Below, piece after piece: positions 12,658-21,667 of a stretch of DNA of 51,727 nt; position 1 is the stretch's first letter, and each line of letters opens with the position of its first letter. This DNA comes from Bacteroidota bacterium (GTDB lineage Bacteria; Bacteroidota; Rhodothermia; Rhodothermales; Rubricoccaceae), in assembly GCA_039815415.1 (NCBI GenBank), contig JBCBZH010000001.1, forward strand, positions 1-51,727. Direction: 5' to 3'. The position numbers were made by a program, and so were the translations under genes. The notes under the pieces were generated by a model, which saw only the letters and a program-made list of their open reading frames with translations, was not told the DNA's origin and did not search any database.

Positions 12658-13197
12658 ATGGCTCACGATTCGCACGGGGACCACGGCGGTCACCACGTTT
12701 TCGATTCCAAGATCCTCATTCGGACATTCGTCGGGCTCCTGGTTCTGACGGTGCTCACCGTCGTGACGGCGTTCGGAGAGCGCGCGGGATGGTTGCCACT
12801 CGGACCGCTCAGCGTGCCGGTCGCGCTGGGGATCGCAGGGGCGAAGGCGTTTCTGGTGGCGGCGTTCTTCATGGACCTGTGGCATGACCGGGGCACCAAC
12901 CTGCTCGTATTCGTGGGCAGCATCGTGTTCGTAGTCATTTTCATTGGGATCACCTGGCTGGACTTTGGCTATCGGGGCACGTTCGAGGAAAGTGTGAGAG
13001 AGCCGCTCGACATCATTCAGGAACAGCAGCTCGAGGCCGAAGCCGCCAACGAATCCGTCTTGGAGCGGTTCGAGGCCATTCCGCTCGTGGAGGAGGCCGA
13101 CCCCGTTCTTTTCGGGACCGAGCCTGCGGCTGCGCCTCCCGAAGCGGCTCCTGTGGATGACGCCGCGCCCGCCGACGAGCCTGCTGCTACCAACTAG
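12658..13197 (+). CDS. Small oxidase-associated membrane protein (prokaryotic subunit-IV-like) with an acidic C-terminal extension
   Basis: His-rich N-terminus followed by three hydrophobic helices. Position immediately after coxC. Confidence 0.6.
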   Translation: MAHDSHGDHGGHHVFDSKILIRTFVGLLVLTVLTVVTAFGERAGWLPLGPLSVPVALGIAGAKAFLVAAFFMDLWHDRGTNLLVFVGSIVFVVIFIGITWLDFGYRGTFEESVREPLDIIQEQQLEAEAANESVLERFEAIPLVEEADPVLFGTEPAAAPPEAAPVDDAAPADEPAATN

Positions 13198-13220
13198 ACT
13201 GGCGGGACACGCCTGGATCC

Positions 13221-13556
13221 ATGTTTCTCGTGATGCTTCCCGTCCCCCCATTGGCGGCCATCATCACGAGCATTTTCCTGATCGCCCTTCCAGTCATCGT
13301 GCTGATGACGGCGTGGACGGTGGTGACGATGGTGCGCATCCTGTTTCCAGAGCGCGAGCTGCCGATCGATCCGTCGGCTCTTCGGAGACGCGCGCGTGAG
13401 CGTGGACAGGCGGTTCCCGTTCGGTTTCGTGACCTCGTGGAGGACCAGCGCCATGCCGAGGCGCCAGCCATGCCCCATCGTGCCTCACCCGACGCCAGCT
13501 CGACAACCGAGATTCCCAGTGCGCTGGTGGAGGATCTCTGGCTCCGCCGGAACTGA
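13221..13556 (+). CDS. Possible small membrane protein (hypothetical)
   Basis: 111-aa ORF with a hydrophobic N-terminal half (PLAAIITSIFLIALPVIVLMTAWTVVTMV). There is no motif, so this is a weak call. Confidence 0.3.
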   Translation: MFLVMLPVPPLAAIITSIFLIALPVIVLMTAWTVVTMVRILFPERELPIDPSALRRRARERGQAVPVRFRDLVEDQRHAEAPAMPHRASPDASSTTEIPSALVEDLWLRRN

Positions 13557-13714
13557 CGTCAGCTCGAGGGCCGTTCGGATGCCAAGGCTCCACGGTGCAT
13601 TCTTCCCGGTGCCGATCTGAGAGATGTTCCTTCCTCGAAGGAGAGCACGCACCTCCACGGGTCGACCTCGAGCTGGCGACACCGCGCACGGCTCACAGCC
13701 CCTAGCTTGCCCCT

Positions 13715-14671
13715 ATGAAAGTCACCGAGCATTACGACCGCGCCGATGGGCCACTGCTCTCCTACGAGATCATCCCGCCGAAGCGTGGTGGAGGGGTGGA
13801 CCAGGTGCTGGAGATTGTACAGGCGCTGAAGCCGTACCGTCCGCCCTTCGTGGATGTCACCAGCCACTCGGCCGAGACCATCTATGAGGAGATGCCGGAC
13901 GGGACCATCCGGCGGCGCGTCAAGCGCAAGCGCCCTGGGACGCTCGGGCTGTGCGCGGCCATCCAGCACCGCTTCGGCATTGATGCTGTGCCGCACGTTC
14001 TCTGTCAGGGGTTCACGCGGGAAGAGACCGAAGACGCGCTGATCGAACTGCACTACCTCGGCATCCACAACGTGCTGGCGGTTCGGGGCGACGACAAGGG
14101 CTTTGCCAAGCCGTTCCGCGCCGACCGAACGCGCAACGAGTACGCCTCAGACCTGGTCGCGCAGGTGACCGACATGAACGCCGGGAACTACCTCGAAGAC
14201 TTGCTCGACGCCGCGCCGACGGACTTCTGCGTCGGCGTGGGAGGCTATCCCGAGAAGCACGAGGAAGCGCCCAACATGACCTGGGACATCCTCAATCTCA
14301 AGAAAAAGGTGGATGCGGGGGCGGACTACGTGGTCACTCAGATGTTCTTCGAGAACCGTCACTACTTCGACTACGTGGAGCGATGCCGGGACGTGGGCAT
14401 TGATGTGCCCATTGTGCCGGGGCTGAAAATCCTGACCTCGAAGCGGCAGCTACAGTCCCTCCCGAAAGTGTTTCACACAGAGATCCCCGAGGCACTGGCC
14501 GCCGAGGTGGAGGCCGCGCCCGATGAACAAACGGCAGACATCGGAGTGGAATGGGCGCGGCAACAGGCGACCGAGCTGATGGACGCAGGCGTGCCCGGCA
14601 TTCACTTCTACATCATGTCCACAGCCAGGCACGTGGTGCGTGTGGCGGAGCCTCTGCAGCGGCTGGTCTGA
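13715..14671 (+). CDS. metF: 5,10-methylenetetrahydrofolate reductase
   Basis: 318 aa with MetF-like sequence throughout (SYEIIPPKRG, NVLAVRGD, GADYVVTQMFF). Confidence 0.9.
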   Translation: MKVTEHYDRADGPLLSYEIIPPKRGGGVDQVLEIVQALKPYRPPFVDVTSHSAETIYEEMPDGTIRRRVKRKRPGTLGLCAAIQHRFGIDAVPHVLCQGFTREETEDALIELHYLGIHNVLAVRGDDKGFAKPFRADRTRNEYASDLVAQVTDMNAGNYLEDLLDAAPTDFCVGVGGYPEKHEEAPNMTWDILNLKKKVDAGADYVVTQMFFENRHYFDYVERCRDVGIDVPIVPGLKILTSKRQLQSLPKVFHTEIPEALAAEVEAAPDEQTADIGVEWARQQATELMDAGVPGIHFYIMSTARHVVRVAEPLQRLV

Positions 14672-14689
14672 TCGCCAGCTCGAAGCTGG
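14672..14689 (+). repeat. Copy of the TCGCCAGCTCGA(G) intergenic motif directly abutting the metF stop codon; also a small palindrome CCAGCT-cga-AGCTGG
   Basis: TGA occupies 14669-14671 and TCGCCAGCTCGAAGCTGG begins at 14672. Confidence 0.8.
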
Positions 14690-14705
14690 TGTCATCTCAT
14701 GCGGG

Positions 14706-14727
14706 GGGGCACGATGCATCGTGCCCC
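14706..14727. terminator. Perfect 22-nt palindrome between convergent metF and hpf; candidate bidirectional terminator hairpin
   Basis: GGGGCACGATGCATCGTGCCCC read directly. It lies between the two convergent 3' ends. There is no strong U-tract on either side. Confidence 0.55.
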
Positions 14728-14777
14728 TACGGATCACAATTGCTCCGGTCAAACACACGCATGAGGGGTAAGGGGCG

Positions 14778-15089
14778 TCAGGCGCGGACCTGGCGGTCGC
14801 CTTTGTCGCGGAGCTGGTCCTTGAAGCGGAGCAGCTGGCGACGAAGATGCTTGACGCACGCATGGACCGCAGCATCATGGGTCTGTGCCGTGTCCTGGGC
14901 AGTGATCGTCTGGCGGTAGACCTGGAGGGTCACATCGGCGCGCTTACGGTCCTCGGCCTCTTCTGTAAGCACGACGTGGGCGTCGAGGATGCCGTTGTAG
15001 ACCTTGTCGAGGGATTCGATTTGCTGAGTGACGTGGTCGCGGAGTCCATCCGTGGCGTCGAACTGGCGAGCGGTAATCCGGATCTGCAT
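14778..15089 (-). CDS. hpf: Ribosome hibernation promoting factor / ribosome-associated inhibitor (short HPF/RaiA type)
   Basis: MQIRITARQFDATDGLRDHV... is typical of the S30AE/HPF family. The start is set at ATG 15089; the upstream ORF-track extension is not protein-like. Confidence 0.8.
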   Translation of the reverse strand: MQIRITARQFDATDGLRDHVTQQIESLDKVYNGILDAHVVLTEEAEDRKRADVTLQVYRQTITAQDTAQTHDAAVHACVKHLRRQLLRFKDQLRDKGDRQVRA

Positions 15090-15249
15090 CGCAAGGTGGG
15101 AAGTGAGGGGGACCGTATGGGTACGCTTTGGGGAGGCCGCCGTCAAGGGGGAGGTTCGAGAGAGGCCGAGTGGGGAAAAGGAGCACCCCCGGTTCAGCCG
15201 AACTCGTACGTCGGTGTGGAGCCTGCGTCCGGTTCGCCCTGGCCGCCTC

Positions 15250-15711
15250 TCAGGTCACCTGCTCGAGGTAGCGGTCCTCGAGCTGGCGCATGGCCGCGCG
15301 CTCGGCGTCGGTGGCATCGTCGTAGCCGACGAGGTGCAGCAAGCCGTGAGCGACGTACCGCAAGGCCTCGTGCTCCGGAGTCGCCCCGAACTCGCCAGCT
15401 CGCTCCGCAGCCATGTCGAGGTCCACGTAGATCTCGCCGTCAATGTCGCCCTGGGCTTGGGCAGCCTCGTCTAGAACGAACGAGACCACGTCCGTTGGAT
15501 AGTCGTGCTGGAGCCAGTCGCGGTTGACCGTCCACACCGTCTCGCGGTCCGCCAGCACAACGCTCAGGCTGGTGACACGGACGCCTTCGCCCTGGCACAC
15601 GGCGTCCACCACAGCCTCCACGGTCGCCAGATCGAGCTGGCGAGTGGGGTGTGCCGCGTGGACCTCAAGGCCCGATGCCTGGGCGTCTCTCTCCGGCGCC
15701 GGAGCAGGCAT
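15250..15711 (-). CDS. ybeY: rRNA maturation endoribonuclease YbeY
   Basis: Metal-binding motif HGLLHLVGYDD. The start is placed at ATG 15711 to avoid overlap with the upstream gene; ATG 15759 is an alternative. Confidence 0.85.
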   Translation of the reverse strand: MPAPAPERDAQASGLEVHAAHPTRQLDLATVEAVVDAVCQGEGVRVTSLSVVLADRETVWTVNRDWLQHDYPTDVVSFVLDEAAQAQGDIDGEIYVDLDMAAERAGEFGATPEHEALRYVAHGLLHLVGYDDATDAERAAMRQLEDRYLEQVT

Positions 15712-15724
15712 CGCGGTGGCGGGG

Positions 15725-16174
15725 CTACTCGGCGCCGTCGCCTTCGAAGAAGGGCTCACTCATCGACAGCACGACGGCGGCTTGGGCCACTTCCGGCGCC
15801 AGCTCGAGGAAGTCAGCGGAGAGCAGCTTCTCGGAGACGTTGGCGTAGAGCGAGCACGCGGCAGCCTTCTCGATGACCATGCCGTGGACGCGTCCACCGT
15901 CACGCGCGAAGAAGATGACCTCGCCCAACTCATCCGAGGTCACGACGCCCGCACAACCGTGCAGCTCCAGGTGGGACTCGGTGCCGTACACCTTCACCAG
16001 GGACGCGCCACCAGCTTGCACCACTTCGACGGCGAGCCGCCGTCCGGAGGCCGCATCCGCCAGCGCGAAGCGGACGCCGCCGGGGCTGCCGTCGGCTCCG
16101 GGGAGCGGCTCCGCCGGGACGCCGAGCGTCGCGGCCACGCGGTCGAAGTCAGCGGAGGTCAAGAGGGCAGGCAT
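15725..16174 (-). CDS. Hypothetical protein
   Basis: 149-aa ORF with host-like codon usage, co-directional with ybeY. No motif recognised. Confidence 0.45.
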   Translation of the reverse strand: MPALLTSADFDRVAATLGVPAEPLPGADGSPGGVRFALADAASGRRLAVEVVQAGGASLVKVYGTESHLELHGCAGVVTSDELGEVIFFARDGGRVHGMVIEKAAACSLYANVSEKLLSADFLELAPEVAQAAVVLSMSEPFFEGDGAE

Positions 16175-16251
16175 GGGCTACAGAATGAAGCGAGGGGAAA
16201 GGTACGACGGGCTAGGAACGGGCTGGCGAGTGATATCGACCGAGTCGTTCT

Positions 16252-16278
16252 GTCATCCTGAGTGCTAGCGAAGGATCT
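16252..16278. repeat. Solo arm of the GTCATCCTGAGCG...GGATCT repeat family
   Basis: GTCATCCTGAGTGCTAGCGAAGGATCT read directly. It is preceded by GGCTGGCGAGTG, which resembles the 13-mer motif. Confidence 0.7.
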
Positions 16279-16280
16279 GG

Positions 16281-16640
16281 TCAGAGGTTGGCATTCCGGT
16301 TCAACTGGACAGCAAGATTCTTCGCTAAGGTCATGACTCGGCGCCACTCGGGGCGCTTCTGAAGCTCAGCAACTGTCGACGCTTCAACGGGAGCTGCTTC
16401 TCGAATTAGGCCATAGAGATGTGCAAGGTCTCGATGCTCAGCGTCCGTGAACGCATCAACGTAGGCAGGACTCTTGATGTGCAGCAGTTGATCGTCTGCT
16501 TCGATCAACTCGCCGGGCACAAAAGCGTGAGGCACATCTCGCTCGTAGCGTGCCTGCGCCGAGGCTGACGCAAGCAATTCAACGTATGCGACAACAGATG
16601 CGCGGATGCTCAAGACGTTGTGTTGTGGCTTGAGGTTCAA
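16281..16640 (-). CDS. Hypothetical protein in a low-GC patch
   Basis: 119-aa ORF. Its only possible start is TTG at 16640, which overlaps the TGA of the upstream DUF2723 gene (TTGA). A sampled 60 nt is about 52% GC, against about 70% in flanking genes. Confidence 0.4.
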   Translation of the reverse strand: MNLKPQHNVLSIRASVVAYVELLASASAQARYERDVPHAFVPGELIEADDQLLHIKSPAYVDAFTDAEHRDLAHLYGLIREAAPVEASTVAELQKRPEWRRVMTLAKNLAVQLNRNANL

Positions 16641-19519
16641 CCCCCCGCGAGGGAATCCTGCTGCTCCTGAGCGCGCAGCATGGCCTTCGCCTGTTGCCGG
16701 ATGTCGTCCGCGCTGCGTTCCAGTGCAGGGTCACCTGCAGCCACTGCGAGACGGCTCGAGAACGCTGCAGCCTCCTCGTAGAGCCCACTCAGCAGATACG
16801 ACTGCTGGATGAACTGGAGATACTGGACTGCGGTGCTCTGCTGCTGACGGTCACCAGAGCGGTCGGCCCGGTCGAGTTGCTCGAAGGCGAGGGCCTCCGC
16901 GTCTTTCAGAATCTGGACGCTCTGCTCGGGCTGCCCAGCATTCTGGTAGGCCTGGGAGAGGGTGTAGAGTGCGCCAAAGCTCGACGGAATGGTTTCGGTC
17001 GGGACGGCGGTCCGAATCCGGTCCAACAGCTCGAGGGCCTCCTGCTCCCGGCCTTGCTGGGCCAGCGCCATCGCGATGGTGGCGAAGCGCGTCCGGTAGC
17101 CATCCGCCATGTTGCGGGCGTTCTCGTCGTGGTAGACCTCCGGGTCATCGAGGCCTTGGAACTGGAACTTGCCGAGGCGGTCGGCCACGATCTCCGGGAC
17201 CACCACGCCATCCGGGTCTCCGGTGTCCCGGCGGATGGGCACGATGCGGCGGGCGAGGCCCTCGTTCTGGAAGAACGGCTGGAGGTCCAGTTCTGAATCC
17301 GGCGCGACGGTCGAGGCGAAGTAGACTGGGCGCGTCCAGCCCTCCTCGGCGACAGCCTTCAGGATGTCGAGGACTGCGATGTCGTTCGGATAGAGGACGT
17401 TCACCCCCTCCCCGAACACGCGACCATTGAGCTGCCACGTCATCTGGCGAGGCATTCCGGACGTATCCACGCGGCCTGCGATGCGCTCGTCCACGAACGC
17501 GCGCGGATCCACCGGCAGGGAGACCTGCTGAGGGTCGAAGCGCGACGCCTGGATGGCCTCGATCTGCTCATCCGTAAAGGTCATCGGGATGGGCGCAGAC
17601 TCGCGGCTCCACTGGTTCTTGAGCTGCTTCACGTACCACGGCGTCTGCAAGAGCGACAGGTTGACCACGCGCACATCACGCCGGACGCCTTTGACTTCCT
17701 GCAGGTACCAGAGTGGGAAGGTGTCGTTGTCACCGTTGGTGAACAGGATGGCGTTGGGTGCCGTGGACTCGAGCAGGTTGCGCGCGAAGTCCGTGGCAAT
17801 GCGGCGGCCGGAACGGTCGTGGTCGTCGTAGTTCTCGACGGCCATCCAACCAGGTACGGCCACGAACATGAGCGCCGCCAGCCCAACGGCCGCGACGCGC
17901 TTGACGGTCGCCGCCGAGCTGGCGAGGGCCTCCGTAGCGAGTTGGATCAGACCGGTCGCGCCGATGCCGATCCAGAGTGAGAAGGCAAAGAACGACGCGA
18001 CGTACGCGTAGTCCCGTTCTCGAGGCTGGAACGGATACTGGTTGAGGTAGACGATGATGCCGACCCCTGTGATGAGGAACAGCACCAGCACCGCCAGCGC
18101 GCGTCTCCAGTCGCGACTGAAGTGGAACATCAACCCGAGAAGCCCCAGCAAGAGCGGGAGTCCCCAGTAGGCGTTCCACCCGGCGCGTTCCGAAGGCGTC
18201 AGGCCCGATAAATCCCCTTTGCCGCCGAGGCCGCTGATCCACCCGGTGTCCTGGATATCTCCCGCCTTGCCCACGAACTGCCACATGAAGTAGCGCCAGT
18301 ACATGTGCCCGAGCTGGTAGCTCAGGAAGTAGTCCATGTCCGAGGAGTACTCCGCGTACTTGCTGAGGTGGCTCGGCTCCGACGAGTAGCGGCGCGGGAA
18401 CGTGGTCTCGCGTGCGTCGATCTGGCCTGTTCGGTTGTTGAACGTGTTGCCCGTCAGCAGCGGCGTGTTGCCGTACTGCTCGCGCTTGAGGTAGCTGACA
18501 ATGGCCTCTGTCGTCTCCGGGTCGTTCTCGTCGATGGGCGGATCGGCGGCGGAGCGGATGAAGATGACCGCGTAGGACGAGTACCCGATCATCACCACCG
18601 TGATGGTCAGCGCCAGCAGATTGAGGATGGGGTGCTTGGTTTTCTGCGTCCACCACACCAGCCCGACGAGCACAGCTACCAGCGCGGTCAAGAACAGCAC
18701 CGGCACTCCAGACTTGCCTGCCAGATCCGGCAGCACCTGCACGATGCCCGGATAGATGACGAGGAAGAGGGCTGCCGATCCGAGGGCCGTCAGTGCGAGG
18801 CCTTTGATGCGCTGGCCCATCGTGGCTCCTGGCGCCTCGATCTTCTGGAAGTAGATGATGAGCGCGATGAAGAACAGCGTCAGGACGTTCAGCAGGTGAA
18901 TGCCGATCGCCAGCCCGAAGAGGTATGCAATGGCAACGAGGTAGCGATCTGCGTGGAGGCCGAACGGGTGCTCCCCACGGGCGCGAAGCTCGGCTTCTTC
19001 GGCCCGCGTGGCATCGCGCCAGACCAGCGCCAGCCACACCACGAGCACCGTGAACAGCATGGACATGGCGTAGACCTCGGCCTCGACGGCGTTGAACCAG
19101 AACGAGTCCGTGGCCGCAAACGCCAGCGCGCCGATCACACCGCCCGCGTTGGCCGCGATGCGCTGAAGAGGCGTCCATGTATCCGGGTGGCCGGTCCAGA
19201 TGCGCACCAGTCGGAGAATGACCAGATGCACCAGCAGGATCGCCAGTGCGCTGGACAACACCGACATGAAGTTGACGGCGTAGGCGACCGGCTCGGGCGA
19301 CAGCCCGGAGAACACGCCCGAGAACATCGAGAAGAACCGCCCGGCGAGCATGTAGAAGGGCGCTCCGGGCGGGTGCGAGACCTGCAGGCCGTTCGAGATG
19401 GCGATGAACTCGCCAGAGTCCCAGAAGGGCGAGGTCTCGGCCATCGTCATCCAGTAGAGGACGAGGGCGTAGAGGAATACGGCCGCCGCCACGAGGCGGT
19501 CGATAAGCTTGCCAGTCAT
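16637..19519 (-). CDS. DUF2723-type large polytopic membrane protein (glycosyltransferase-like) with a C-terminal TPR-like region
   Basis: It has the signature FWDSGEFIA near the first helices, many TM helices, then a soluble helical-repeat C-terminus. The start is set at ATG 19519 (MTGKLIDRL); the 69-aa ORF-track extension runs into a repeat element. Confidence 0.75.
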   Translation of the reverse strand: MTGKLIDRLVAAAVFLYALVLYWMTMAETSPFWDSGEFIAISNGLQVSHPPGAPFYMLAGRFFSMFSGVFSGLSPEPVAYAVNFMSVLSSALAILLVHLVILRLVRIWTGHPDTWTPLQRIAANAGGVIGALAFAATDSFWFNAVEAEVYAMSMLFTVLVVWLALVWRDATRAEEAELRARGEHPFGLHADRYLVAIAYLFGLAIGIHLLNVLTLFFIALIIYFQKIEAPGATMGQRIKGLALTALGSAALFLVIYPGIVQVLPDLAGKSGVPVLFLTALVAVLVGLVWWTQKTKHPILNLLALTITVVMIGYSSYAVIFIRSAADPPIDENDPETTEAIVSYLKREQYGNTPLLTGNTFNNRTGQIDARETTFPRRYSSEPSHLSKYAEYSSDMDYFLSYQLGHMYWRYFMWQFVGKAGDIQDTGWISGLGGKGDLSGLTPSERAGWNAYWGLPLLLGLLGLMFHFSRDWRRALAVLVLFLITGVGIIVYLNQYPFQPRERDYAYVASFFAFSLWIGIGATGLIQLATEALASSAATVKRVAAVGLAALMFVAVPGWMAVENYDDHDRSGRRIATDFARNLLESTAPNAILFTNGDNDTFPLWYLQEVKGVRRDVRVVNLSLLQTPWYVKQLKNQWSRESAPIPMTFTDEQIEAIQASRFDPQQVSLPVDPRAFVDERIAGRVDTSGMPRQMTWQLNGRVFGEGVNVLYPNDIAVLDILKAVAEEGWTRPVYFASTVAPDSELDLQPFFQNEGLARRIVPIRRDTGDPDGVVVPEIVADRLGKFQFQGLDDPEVYHDENARNMADGYRTRFATIAMALAQQGREQEALELLDRIRTAVPTETIPSSFGALYTLSQAYQNAGQPEQSVQILKDAEALAFEQLDRADRSGDRQQQSTAVQYLQFIQQSYLLSGLYEEAAAFSSRLAVAAGDPALERSADDIRQQAKAMLRAQEQQDSLAGG

Positions 19520-19697
19520 GCGCAGGGGGAGAGTCGGCCCGGCGGGAGCGCGGGGAAGGGCGAAGATACCCCGGTCCGTGTGAGGCCCGGGCGAACGCCC
19601 AACGGAGACGCGCCGCGCGTTCGCGCCTCGAGCTGGCGGTGGCAGAACGGATGGGGCGTCGTGCGCGTGACCTCTCGATGTGTCCGATGCCTCTCCT

Positions 19698-19823
19698 GTC
19701 ATCCTGAACGAAGTGAAGGATCTCAACGCATCCCTCTCAATTCTGGCTACCGACGGCCAAGGCTACCCTCGCGCTGAGATCCCTCGACAAGCTGGCTACG
19801 CCGACCTAGCGGTTCGGGATGAC
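19698..19823. repeat. Palindromic REP/MITE-like element of the GTCATCCTGA...GGATCT family
   Basis: The left arm GTCATCCTGAACGAAGTGAAGGATCTC and right arm GAGATCCCTCG...CGGGATGAC are inverted relative to each other. Confidence 0.7.
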
Positions 19824-19886
19824 ATCCCGGGGAGGTGCTTCTAGGGGACCCACTCAGCCTCTGGCAGTCCCCATCGAGCTGGCGAC

Positions 19887-20333
19887 TTACCAGCTGTTCT
19901 TCGCACCCCGAATGGCACGGTCGAGCTGGTGCTTCGTGACCTCGCCGTAGTTGAAGGCAGTCGCCAGCTCGCCGTTGCGGTTGAACACCCAGGTGGTGGG
20001 AATCCAGGTGACGGGGAGGCCGAGAAAGGTCATCTCGCGGTCCTCCTTCGGAGCCTCCTCGCCTACGCCAGGTTGACCCACGATCTGGGCGCGCGTGGGG
20101 ATGCCATGCTCGCGGAGCGTCGCCTCACCGGTCTGGCCCTCGTCCCACATCGACACGAAGGTGAACGTCACGTCGTCGTGCTGGCGAATGGCGTCGGCCA
20201 GCCCGCGCTTGAGCTGGGAGATGGAGTTGCCACACCACGCTGCCCAGAACACGATCACGTGGATGCCGTCGGCCTGAACCGTGTCGTGGACCGTTCGTTC
20301 GGCGTCCGTGCGAGGGGAGGCGAGGTTAGTCAT
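19887..20333 (-). CDS. Thioredoxin-fold protein, single-Cys WCGNS motif, no signal peptide
   Basis: It has FWAAWCGNS in place of WCxxC and only one Cys in the whole protein. It is a paralogue of the upstream gene. ATG 20333 overlaps the upstream stop by 8 nt. Confidence 0.7.
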   Translation of the reverse strand: MTNLASPRTDAERTVHDTVQADGIHVIVFWAAWCGNSISQLKRGLADAIRQHDDVTFTFVSMWDEGQTGEATLREHGIPTRAQIVGQPGVGEEAPKEDREMTFLGLPVTWIPTTWVFNRNGELATAFNYGEVTKHQLDRAIRGAKNSW

Positions 20334-20796
20334 GGTGCCACTCGTTCTGGGCGTTCGCAATGGCCTGGGTCAGCATGGCATTGGAGACCTCGCCATAGTT
20401 AAAGGCATACGCCAGCTTGCCGCCTCGGTTGAAGAGCCACGTCGTGGGGGTCCAAGAGATGGACTGACCGAGAAAGTCCGAGGCGTCGTGCTGAACGAGG
20501 ATCTGGACACGGTCCGGGATGCCATAGCGCTGCAGGGTGCTCTCGCCACTCTCGACCCCGTTGCGAATGGTAATGAAGGTGAATGTCACATCGGGATGCG
20601 CCTCCACAACCTCCGCAAGGCCTGCTCTCAGCTCGGCCATTGAGTTGCCACACCACGGGGCCCAGAAGCGAACGACATGGATGCCCTCTTCAGAGACCGT
20701 GTCCAACACCGTCTGCTCAACGTCGGTGAGGTCGGGGTCGGACTGACCCCAGGCGGGTGCAGCAGCCAGAGCAAGGGCAAGAAGGAGAACACGCAT
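20326..20796 (-). CDS. Exported thioredoxin-fold protein, single-Cys WCGNS motif
   Basis: Signal peptide MRVLLLALALAAAPAWG, FWAPWCGNS and a single Cys. The start is set at ATG 20796. Confidence 0.7.
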   Translation of the reverse strand: MRVLLLALALAAAPAWGQSDPDLTDVEQTVLDTVSEEGIHVVRFWAPWCGNSMAELRAGLAEVVEAHPDVTFTFITIRNGVESGESTLQRYGIPDRVQILVQHDASDFLGQSISWTPTTWLFNRGGKLAYAFNYGEVSNAMLTQAIANAQNEWHHD

Positions 20797-20831
20797 AGAG
20801 TGGGGCAGAGACGAGAAGCCCATTCAACCTT

Positions 20832-20858
20832 GTCATCCTGAACTTGATTCAGGATCTC
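20832..20858. repeat. Short hairpin version of the GTCATCCTGA...GGATCT repeat
   Basis: GTCATCCTGAACTTGATTCAGGATCTC contains ATCCTGAA/TTCAGGAT arms. Confidence 0.65.
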
Positions 20859-20938
20859 CTCCGAGAGGGGAACGAGGCAGAATACCGGCTCGAAAGTAGA
20901 GGTCGCCTGCGACTCGAGGCCGTCCGTCGATCTAGCGA

Positions 20939-21607
20939 TTAGGAGGCACCGCCAACCACCACGACGATCTCGCCTCGGACCTTGGCTTGTGTGCCATAAT
21001 GGTCCGCCAACTCGGCCAGTGTCCCGCGCCGTGTCTCCTCGTGAAGCTTCGAGATCTCGCGCGCCACGGCTGCCGGTCGGTCAGGCCCGCAGTGCTCCTC
21101 GAGCTGGCGCAGGAGCTTCACCAACCGGTGCGGGCTCTCGTAGAGCACGACCGTCCGAGGTTCCTCGGCGATGGCCTGGATCCGCGTCTGGCGCCCTTTC
21201 TTGTGCGGCAGGAAGCCCTCGAAGACGAACCGATCCGTCGGCAGCCCGCTGGCGACCAGTGCAGGGACGAACGCGGTTGGTCCCGGCAGCACCTCTACGC
21301 GGATTCCGGCCTCAGCGGCAGCACGGACGAGCAGGAAGCCGGGGTCCGAGATGCCAGGCGTCCCAGCATCCGACACCAGCGCGACGGTCTCACCGGCTTC
21401 CATCCGGTCTACGAGCTGGCGAACGCGCCCATGCTCGTTGTGGATGTGAAAGCTGACACGTGGCGTGTCGATGCCAAAGTGTTGAAACAGCGTGCCCGTC
21501 GTTCGGGTGTCCTCGCACGCGACCACGTCCGCATCCTTCAGGGCCTGGAGGGCGCGAAGGGTGATGTCGTCGAGGTTGCCGACAGGGGTGGGGACGAGGA
21601 TGAGCAC
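20939..21607 (-). CDS. rsmI: 16S rRNA (cytidine1402-2'-O)-methyltransferase
   Basis: 222 aa, tetrapyrrole-methylase-like RsmI sequence (LVPTPVGNLDDITLRAL, CEDTR, SDAGTPGISDPG). Confidence 0.85.
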   Translation of the reverse strand: MLILVPTPVGNLDDITLRALQALKDADVVACEDTRTTGTLFQHFGIDTPRVSFHIHNEHGRVRQLVDRMEAGETVALVSDAGTPGISDPGFLLVRAAAEAGIRVEVLPGPTAFVPALVASGLPTDRFVFEGFLPHKKGRQTRIQAIAEEPRTVVLYESPHRLVKLLRQLEEHCGPDRPAAVAREISKLHEETRRGTLAELADHYGTQAKVRGEIVVVVGGAS

Positions 21608-21667
21608 GGAGTCAGGGATGGAAGGAGCGGCGTGTCGCCCATCGCATGGGCGATGTACGAGCCGGGG

